From an uncultured Anaerolineales bacterium (GTDB lineage Bacteria > Chloroflexota > Anaerolineae > B4-G1), in assembly GCA_964575455.1 (NCBI GenBank), contig CAZNRX010000007.1, positions 2,252 through 66,251 of the forward strand: DNA of 64,000 nt, given 5' to 3'. Both the position numbers and the translations under genes were made by a program. This document shows, piece by piece, positions 57,811 through 64,000 of this stretch. How positions within the stretch are numbered: the stretch's first letter is position 1; the number at the start of each line of letters is the position of its first letter. The notes beneath the pieces were generated by a model. The model made no database searches. It was given only the letters and a program-made list of their open reading frames with translations, and had not been told where the DNA came from.

Positions 57811-58004
57811 ATCGGGCCGGGGCCACAGGAGGCGCTGCTATCGCGACTTGCTCCCGCACCACCGACGCCGAACAGAGATATCGCCTTCTTGACCTTGGTG
57901 CTCCCGCAACGGGGGCACTCGGGCTCTCTTCGCTGCGTGGCGGAGCGCACGAACAGGTCGAAGTCCTCATCACACGCTTCACAGTGATATTCATATATGG
58001 GCAT
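57807..58004 (-). CDS. FmdB-family zinc-ribbon protein
   Basis: MPIYEYHCEACDEDFD...CPRCGS matches the CxxC...CxxC FmdB signature. Confidence 0.7.
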   Translation of the reverse strand: MPIYEYHCEACDEDFDLFVRSATQRREPECPRCGSTKVKKAISLFGVGGAGASRDSSASCGPGPI

Positions 58005-58295
58005 CGTGTGCTTCTCCTCCGTTATGCCTCAACGTATCCATGACGTCTACGGCTGACTATATACCTATCGCCAGTATAGTATAACACGATCCCGTTGGGC
58101 TGTCAATGCGGACTTGTTCATTCGCGCCGCATCTTGTATACTAAGAAGCGTTCAAGAATGACTTCGCGATGGCCATGCTTTGCTTGGAAGCTGTTCGACG
58201 CTCCAAATGCGGGATCTGTTTGGTTACAGCAGTGACCGTTGGCGCGGTGCAATCCCCGATGGCTCTTGAGCATCCTTCGTCAATGAGGAGGTCTA

Positions 58296-59960
58296 TTGGA
58301 TAGTCCAGGACGTGCCAAGAAGGCGTGGGAGAAAGAGACGGTTGAACCTGCGCTTGAGCGCTTCCCTGAGCGTCGCGAGGCGTTCGAGACACTCTCCGGC
58401 ATACCCCTTGAGCGCGCTTACACCCCTGCTGATGTCGATGTTGATTACCTTGAAGCCCTTAGCTTTCCAGGCCAGTCTCCCTTCACGCGTGGCGTATACC
58501 CCACGATGTATCGCGGCAGACTCTGGACGATGCGGCAGTATGCCGGATACGCCTCTGCGGAGGAATCGAACGCGCGCTACAAATACCTGCTGGAGCAGGG
58601 GCAGACTGGCCTCTCGGTGGCGTTTGACCTCCCTACGCAGCTGGGCTACGACGCCGATGACCCCCTGGCTGCGGGAGAGGTGGGCAAGGTGGGGGTCGCA
58701 ATCAGCTGCCTGGACGACATGCGCCGGCTTCTCGATGACATTCCCCTGGACAAGGTCAGCATCTCCATGACCATAAATGCCCCGGCGGCCGTGCTCCTAG
58801 CCATGGTCATCGCGGTGGCGAGGGAGCAAGGTGTTGAACCACGACGACTTCGAGGCACTGTTCAAAACGACATTCTGAAGGAGTATATCGCTCGCGGGGC
58901 CTATATCTTTCCGCCGCGTCCCTCTATGCGCCTGGTGACTGATCTGTTTCGCTATTGTGCGGTCGAGGTGCCGAAATGGAACACCATCAGCATCAGCGGC
59001 TACCATATTCGCGAGGCCGGATCCACCGCCGCTCAGGAGATCGCTTTCACGTTGGCCAACGCCATTGCCTACGTCGAGGCCGCGATCAAGTCTGGCTTGA
59101 GCGTGGATAGCTTCGGGCCCCGACTCTCCTTCTTCTTCAACGCGCACAACGACTTCCTGGAGGAGATCGCCAAGTTCCGCGCCGCTCGCCGCCTCTGGGC
59201 GAGGTTGATGGAGGAGCGATTCGGCGCCAGCAATCCGCGCTCGTGCATGCTGCGGTTCCACACGCAGACCGCAGGGAGCTCACTCACTGCTCAGCAGCCG
59301 GAGATCAACGTGGTACGTGTGACGCTGCAGGCACTGGCGGCGGTGCTGGGCGGTACGCAGTCGCTGCACACCAACTCTCGCGACGAGGCGCTGTGGCTGC
59401 CTACTGAGGAGTCCGTTCGCATCGCACTGCGCACCCAGCAGATCATAGCTCACGAGTCGGGCGTCGCTAACACGGTCGATCCCCTGGCGGGCTCCTACAC
59501 GATCGAGTACCTTACCAATGAGATTGAGCAGCGGGCCATGGCCTACATCGAGAGGATTGACGACCTGGGTGGTGCGCTGGTGGCCATCGAGCAGGGATAC
59601 GTCCAGCAGGAGATCGCCGATGCCGCTTATCGCTACCAGAAGCAGGTCGAAGAAGAGGATCGAGTCGTGGTGGGCGTCAATGCCTATCAAGTCGATGAAG
59701 AAAGGCCGGACATGGAAAGGTTGACGGTCGATCCGGCCATCGAGGAGCAGCAGAGGGAGCGCTTGGCAGAACTGCGCGCTCGCCGTCCCGGCGAGCGCGC
59801 ATCGACCGCTCTGGGCCGAATCGTGAAAGCGGCGCGCGCCGAGACCGAGCCACTGATGCCCCTGTTCATCGTCGCTGTAGAGGCAGGTTGCACGCTGGGG
59901 GAGATCTGCGACGTACTGCGGCAGGAGTGGGGGGAATACCAGCCACGTGTGAGTGTGTAG
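58296..59960 (+). CDS. Methylmalonyl-CoA mutase-family large subunit (substrate-binding TIM-barrel domain only, no B12-binding domain)
   Basis: [24 protein letters not shown] and [15 protein letters not shown] match MCM/ICM catalytic-domain motifs. 554 aa. Confidence 0.85.
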   Translation: MDSPGRAKKAWEKETVEPALERFPERREAFETLSGIPLERAYTPADVDVDYLEALSFPGQSPFTRGVYPTMYRGRLWTMRQYAGYASAEESNARYKYLLEQGQTGLSVAFDLPTQLGYDADDPLAAGEVGKVGVAISCLDDMRRLLDDIPLDKVSISMTINAPAAVLLAMVIAVAREQGVEPRRLRGTVQNDILKEYIARGAYIFPPRPSMRLVTDLFRYCAVEVPKWNTISISGYHIREAGSTAAQEIAFTLANAIAYVEAAIKSGLSVDSFGPRLSFFFNAHNDFLEEIAKFRAARRLWARLMEERFGASNPRSCMLRFHTQTAGSSLTAQQPEINVVRVTLQALAAVLGGTQSLHTNSRDEALWLPTEESVRIALRTQQIIAHESGVANTVDPLAGSYTIEYLTNEIEQRAMAYIERIDDLGGALVAIEQGYVQQEIADAAYRYQKQVEEEDRVVVGVNAYQVDEERPDMERLTVDPAIEEQQRERLAELRARRPGERASTALGRIVKAARAETEPLMPLFIVAVEAGCTLGEICDVLRQEWGEYQPRVSV

Positions 59961-60030
59961 GTGCCATTCTTGCCTCCATGCCTTTAGTGTTCGTGATATG
60001 AATGAGGAGATCTGACCCATGACGCATGCC

Positions 60031-60423
60031 ATGGACCACATAGCCGTCGTCGTGCGCGATCTGAATGAGGCCCTGAGCTTCTATCGAGATGCGCTGGGCC
60101 TGGGGGTGGACGAGCGCCGTGAGGTGCCTGAGGAGCAGGTTGAGGTGGCGAGCCTCTCCCTTGGGGAGACGTCAATCGAGCTGGTTCAACCTTTGAGCGC
60201 GGAGAGCGGCGTTGCTCGCTTCTTGGAGAAGCGGGGGGAAGGCCTGCATCACGTCTGCTTGACCGTGGAAGACATCACGGCGGCGATGGACCAACTGCGA
60301 GACGCTGGTGCGGATCTGATCACTGAGGAACCTCGTGTCGGAGCCAATGGCAAACGCTATGTCTTCATCCATCCCAAGTCTGCGCACGGCGTGCTTCTCG
60401 AGCTGTATGAAGGAGCAGAATGA
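60031..60423 (+). CDS. Methylmalonyl-CoA epimerase / VOC (glyoxalase-fold) family protein
   Basis: MDHIAVVVRDL...GLHHVCL...HGVLLEL VOC metal-ligand pattern. Adjacent to the mutase gene. Confidence 0.7.
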   Translation: MDHIAVVVRDLNEALSFYRDALGLGVDERREVPEEQVEVASLSLGETSIELVQPLSAESGVARFLEKRGEGLHHVCLTVEDITAAMDQLRDAGADLITEEPRVGANGKRYVFIHPKSAHGVLLELYEGAE

Positions 60424-60550
60424 GCCTTTGGCTCAGCGGTGTGGCTCGCCTGCAGACGTGTTCTCATGCTCTTTCGCTCACTTTCGCGTGTGAACGTCAG
60501 TCCACACGCTACCATTCCAACGTAATCTATACAAGCCTGTGGAGGAGACC

Positions 60551-61657
60551 ATGACCAAAGAAGCCAGAATTCGCGTGGAGTCAGATGCCTTGAAGGGGTT
60601 CTGCGTACGGACGTTGCGAAGCATGGAGATCCCAGAGGAGGACGCTCGTATCACCGCCGACGTGTTGGTCAGCGCCGACGTGCGGGGCACCAGCAGCCAC
60701 GGTGTAGCTCGCCTGCGTCGCTACGTCAATGGGCTGCGAGATGGGATGATGATCGCGCAGCCGGACACAGAAGTGGTCGCCGAGACGCCAACGACGATCC
60801 TCATAGATGCTGGCGGCGGGCTCGGTCAGCCGGTCTCGTATCGGGCGATGGAGAGTGCGATCGAGAAAGCTGAGGCGTATGGCAGCGGGTTTGCCACCGT
60901 GCGCAACTCCAACCACTTCGGCATCGCTGGATACTACGCCATGATGGCGTTGGAGCACGATTGTGTTGGCCTCTCGATGACCAACGCCTCCGTGCTGGTG
61001 GTGCCGACGTTCGGCAGGGATGCGATGCTAGGGACCAATCCCATCTCCGTGGCGGCTCCTGCCGGGCAGGAATGGCCCTTCGTCCTCGATATGGCCACCA
61101 GCACGGTGCCTCGTGGGAAGCTTGAGGTCTATCGGCGACTGGAGAAGTCGCTCCCGTTGGGCTGGGCCACCGATGAGACGGGGGAGCCAACCGCCGATAC
61201 CGAACGTGTCCTGAAGAACTTGAAGGAGCGGGCTGGGGGCGGGTTGTTGCCGCTCGGGGGCGCTGGCGAGTTGCTGGGCGGGCACAAGGGGTACGGCCTG
61301 ACGCTCCTGGTCGACATCCTGTGTGGCGTTCTCCCTGGCGCGGCCTACGCCAATCTGGTCTACCCCAAGGACGAGGAGGGGAATCCACTGCCCTCGGCGA
61401 TTGGACACTTCTTCGGTGCGTGGCGCGTGGATGCCTTCCGGCCCGTGGATGCGTTCAAGGACGCGATGGACGACCTGCAGCAGCGGCTCAAGAACGCGCC
61501 CAAAGCGGAGGGTCAGGACCGCATCTATGTCCACGGAGAGAAGGAGTACGAGGAGGCGGAGGAGAACGCTCGCAAGGGGGTGCCTCTGAATCCCAAGGTG
61601 GCAGCCGATCTACAGGCGCTGGGTGAGGAATTGGGCGTCGCGTACGATCTAGAGTAG
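60551..61657 (+). CDS. Ldh2-family (type 2 malate/L-lactate/ureidoglycolate) dehydrogenase
   Basis: COG2055-type sequence (SSHGVARL...NSNHFGIAGYY...GGHKGYGL). ATG with GGAGGAG RBS; the track ORF begins at a GTG inside the RBS. Confidence 0.8.
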   Translation: MTKEARIRVESDALKGFCVRTLRSMEIPEEDARITADVLVSADVRGTSSHGVARLRRYVNGLRDGMMIAQPDTEVVAETPTTILIDAGGGLGQPVSYRAMESAIEKAEAYGSGFATVRNSNHFGIAGYYAMMALEHDCVGLSMTNASVLVVPTFGRDAMLGTNPISVAAPAGQEWPFVLDMATSTVPRGKLEVYRRLEKSLPLGWATDETGEPTADTERVLKNLKERAGGGLLPLGGAGELLGGHKGYGLTLLVDILCGVLPGAAYANLVYPKDEEGNPLPSAIGHFFGAWRVDAFRPVDAFKDAMDDLQQRLKNAPKAEGQDRIYVHGEKEYEEAEENARKGVPLNPKVAADLQALGEELGVAYDLE

Positions 61658-61740
61658 CGTCGCTTGGGGCTTGCGAACGCAAGCTGGGGCGCTTTCGAGC
61701 TTTGCATGCGAGGAGATGGGGCGTGAACGGACTGGAACCA

Positions 61741-61956
61741 ATGGCTAAGCTAATGGTAGCGATGGGCGTTGCGCTCGTCCTCCTTGGGGGCTTAGTGTGG
61801 CTGTTTTCCAAGACGGCCTTCTTTGGCCGGCTGCCAGGTGATATCCGCGTCGAGCGTAACGGCTTCACCTGCTTGATTCCTGTGGTCAGCTCAATCATCC
61901 TCAGCATCTTGCTGACGATTGTGTTGAACGTCATCTTACGTATCATCAATCGCTGA
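61741..61956 (+). CDS. DUF2905-family small membrane protein
   Basis: MAKLMVAMGVALVLLGGLVWLF...FTCLIP..SIILSILLT pattern. Confidence 0.45.
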   Translation: MAKLMVAMGVALVLLGGLVWLFSKTAFFGRLPGDIRVERNGFTCLIPVVSSIILSILLTIVLNVILRIINR

Positions 61957-61972
61957 AGGGAGGAACAACATT

Positions 61973-62320
61973 ATGAGTCAGGTGGACATTCTCATTAACG
62001 TGCTTCCGGGAATCCCCATCGTGCTGGCTCACTTGGCAGGTGTCGTGGTCGCCATTGTCCTGTTGGTTCGCCAGCGGAGAAAGACCGTCCCGGCTGTGCT
62101 GGCCCTGGCTGGCTTTGGTCTGCTCCTTGTTCTCGACCTGGCCAACTTCGCCCGCGGGCCGGTGATCCGACAACTGCTCCATTGGATGGTCGTTGGGGAT
62201 CGCGCAACGGCCATTGGGGTCCGCTGTTGCTGCGGGATCTTCGATGTGGCGGGCATCGTCTGCCTGATCATCGCCCTTTGGCAGGCCACGTCGGGCGCTG
62301 GGGTGGAGGGGGGCAGCTAG
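61973..62320 (+). CDS. Hypothetical small membrane protein (3-4 TM helices)
   Basis: GGGAGG RBS 8 nt upstream. Hydrophobic. Confidence 0.4.
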   Translation: MSQVDILINVLPGIPIVLAHLAGVVVAIVLLVRQRRKTVPAVLALAGFGLLLVLDLANFARGPVIRQLLHWMVVGDRATAIGVRCCCGIFDVAGIVCLIIALWQATSGAGVEGGS

Positions 62321-62326
62321 AGGGCG

Positions 62327-63448
62327 GTGAAGACGGCTGAGTTTGACTATGATCTCCCTCCTGAGCTGATCGCTCAGGAACCGGTGGAGCCTAGGGATAC
62401 CTCGCGGCTCATGGTGGTGAATCGAGGCAGCCGCTTTGCTTCCAAGAGCCGCTCCACTTCCGAGACAGGCGAGATCCATCATCACCGCTTCTACGACCTT
62501 CCGAGGTTCCTCGACCCCGGGGACCTGCTCGTCCACAACCAGACACGCGTCGTACGCGCACGCCTGTTCGCCGTGAAGCCGACCGGCGGTAAGGTGGAGA
62601 TCCTGCTGCTCAGACGGCGAGGCGACGGTATCACTGCAAGAGCCAGGACCTGGGAAGCGCTGATCGGCGGTAGGCGGGTGCGCCCCGGCATGACCCTTAC
62701 GCTGCTCGATGGACCGGGTGGCGCGCCCGTTGATGCTCAGGCTGAGGTGATCGAGCGAGGCGAGCGCGCCATGAGGGTCCTCAGATTCGACCGGCCCGTG
62801 CTCCCACTGACAGAGGAGATAGGCGTCACGCCGCTTCCTCCCTACATCCACAAGGCGCTCGAAGATGATGAGGACTATCAGACGATCTACGCCCGGGAGC
62901 TGGGGTCTGCGGCGGCGCCGACAGCGGGGCTTCACTTCACCCCCGAGTTACTGCGTGACCTCGAGGACATGGGCGTGCGCTCGACGTTCGTCACGCTACA
63001 CATTGGTTTGGACACCTTCCAACCTGTGCGTGAAGAGCGGATCGAAGAGCACCAGATGCACAGTGAATACTGTGTGATACGACCGGATGTAGCAAGGGAG
63101 GTTAACCAGACGAAGCTGAAGGGGCGGCGGGTGGTGGCGGTGGGGACAACGAGCGTGCGCGTCCTGGAGACCGCGGCGCTGGAGACGATGGAGGATAAGG
63201 GCGAATCCGAGGCCTGTCCCCGGCAGGCCGTCGCTGTGTTTGAGGGCGAGACAGATCTCTTCATCTACCCGAGCCACAGCTTTCGCGCGGTCGATGCGCT
63301 GCTCACCAACTTCCACCTACCGCGCTCAACCTTGTTGATGTTGGTAGTCGCCTTCGCTGGCAAGGAACTGATCGAGCGTGCCTACGCTGAGGCCATCGAT
63401 CGCGCCTACCGTTTCTATAGCTTCGGCGATGCCATGCTGATCCTGTGA
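62327..63448 (+). CDS. queA: S-adenosylmethionine:tRNA ribosyltransferase-isomerase
   Basis: MKTAEFDYDLPPELIAQEP...GLHFTPELL...GTTSVRVLE match the QueA signature. Confidence 0.85.
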   Translation: MKTAEFDYDLPPELIAQEPVEPRDTSRLMVVNRGSRFASKSRSTSETGEIHHHRFYDLPRFLDPGDLLVHNQTRVVRARLFAVKPTGGKVEILLLRRRGDGITARARTWEALIGGRRVRPGMTLTLLDGPGGAPVDAQAEVIERGERAMRVLRFDRPVLPLTEEIGVTPLPPYIHKALEDDEDYQTIYARELGSAAAPTAGLHFTPELLRDLEDMGVRSTFVTLHIGLDTFQPVREERIEEHQMHSEYCVIRPDVAREVNQTKLKGRRVVAVGTTSVRVLETAALETMEDKGESEACPRQAVAVFEGETDLFIYPSHSFRAVDALLTNFHLPRSTLLMLVVAFAGKELIERAYAEAIDRAYRFYSFGDAMLIL

Positions 63449-63568
63449 CGATGGTTTGGCGTTTTCGCGGCGACGGCACCTCGCGCGGCTACGTGCCTGA
63501 CTACGAGCGGGAGTGCCTGCCGGGCGGGGGGTTAGTCCGATGATGCCCGGACGTGGAGGCCGAGGGAG

Positions 63569-64000
63569 ATGGTAGCACAGGGGACTCGACGTATCGGCTT
63601 TGTGTCCACGCGTCTGGCAGGCACCGACGGTGTCTCGCTCGAGACCCGCAAGTGGGCGGACGTGCTCAGAGGTCTCGGCTATGAGTGCTTCGCCTTCGCT
63701 GGCGAGTCCGACTGGCCAGCGGAGCGGAGCCACGTAGTGCCCGAAGCGCACTTCCAGCATCCCAAGGTTCGGGAGCTGCATGCATCGCTCTTCCAGACCA
63801 ACAGTCGCTCCTCAGCCACTTCGCGAGGGGTATGGAGGATCAAGCAACGTCTGAAGGCGCGCCTGCGTCGCTTCGTGCGTACCTTCGACCTGGATCTGCT
63901 CATCGTTGAGAATGCGCTCGCGATCCCTATGCACGTGCCGCTGGGTTTGGCGCTGGTCGAGTTCATCGCTGAGGTGGGCATGCCAACCGTTGGCCACCAT
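63569..64000 (+). CDS. Glycosyltransferase family 4-like protein, N-terminal part (runs off the window edge)
   Basis: RIGFVSTRLAGTDGVSLE resembles the GT4 N-terminal Rossmann domain. GAGGGAG RBS. Confidence 0.4.
   Translation, partial: MVAQGTRRIGFVSTRLAGTDGVSLETRKWADVLRGLGYECFAFAGESDWPAERSHVVPEAHFQHPKVRELHASLFQTNSRSSATSRGVWRIKQRLKARLRRFVRTFDLDLLIVENALAIPMHVPLGLALVEFIAEVGMPTVGHH

Noticed and set aside
58005-58295. Cobalamin riboswitch upstream of the methylmalonyl-CoA mutase gene.
   Set aside because: I could not locate a B12-box-like consensus or the characteristic paired regions by eye. The region looks like an AT-richer divergent promoter. A covariance-model search is needed before any call.
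58141-58392. 83-aa ORF on the minus strand in the mutase upstream region.
   Set aside because: No RBS and no homology, and it overlaps the mutase start. Likely spurious.

Overview
High-GC (~62-65%) bacterial chromosome segment, possibly Chloroflexota-like; that guess rests only on lipoprotein signals followed by Pro/Thr/Glu linkers and a giant multi-GAF histidine kinase, and is low confidence. The window is densely coded and I see no rRNA, tRNA, CRISPR array, transposase or integrase.

Layout, left to right:
- 1-21150, all minus strand: a SorC-regulated carbohydrate/nucleoside catabolic supercluster. It holds a D-2-hydroxyacid dehydrogenase, an FGGY kinase, three Zn-dependent alcohol dehydrogenases, two IU-type nucleoside hydrolases, an ADP-ribosylglycohydrolase, two URO-D/MtaA-like proteins, a PotABCD-type ABC importer, a fucose-isomerase-like protein, a DMT exporter and a GH42 beta-galactosidase.
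- 21195-24490, minus: ECF sigma factor, zf-HC2 anti-sigma factor, DUF4097 lipoprotein and a bactofilin-repeat membrane protein.
- 24739-30760, plus: a xanthine-dehydrogenase-family molybdoenzyme operon (fused FAD/[2Fe-2S] subunit and molybdopterin large subunit) interrupted by an AMP-nucleosidase-like gene.
- 30878-46109, plus: a membrane GAF/PAS histidine kinase, a UbiB kinase, and a 2673-aa PAS-PAS-(GAF x ~11)-PAS-HisKA-HATPase sensor kinase with an adjacent receiver protein. A SAM-hydrolase (DUF62), a phasin-like protein and a patatin lie between the first kinase and UbiB.
- 46118-64000: PlsC, a LysM protein, a TGS-uridine-kinase fusion, a TolB-like propeller protein, a CsoR/FmdB-headed thioredoxin-reductase redox cluster, methylmalonyl-CoA mutase large subunit with epimerase and an Ldh2-type dehydrogenase, QueA, and a partial GT4 glycosyltransferase.

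The most striking thing I see in the sequence itself is a set of short GC-skewed, hairpin-forming repeat elements. Their cores are C7-N3-G7-type or purine-rich; a second family begins GGCTTAG(G)CTTCGCACGCT. Copies sit in intergenic spots and, more remarkably, inside at least five unrelated ORFs as in-frame insertions. These add Pro/Gly/Arg/Glu-rich peptide segments (for example PPLVPPGGRE) at positions where canonical homologs are contiguous. This behaves like Rickettsia RPE-type palindromic elements and appears to be an undescribed in-frame mini-element system for this lineage.

Many ORF-track entries carry spurious N-terminal extensions; I re-called starts from RBS and domain evidence.
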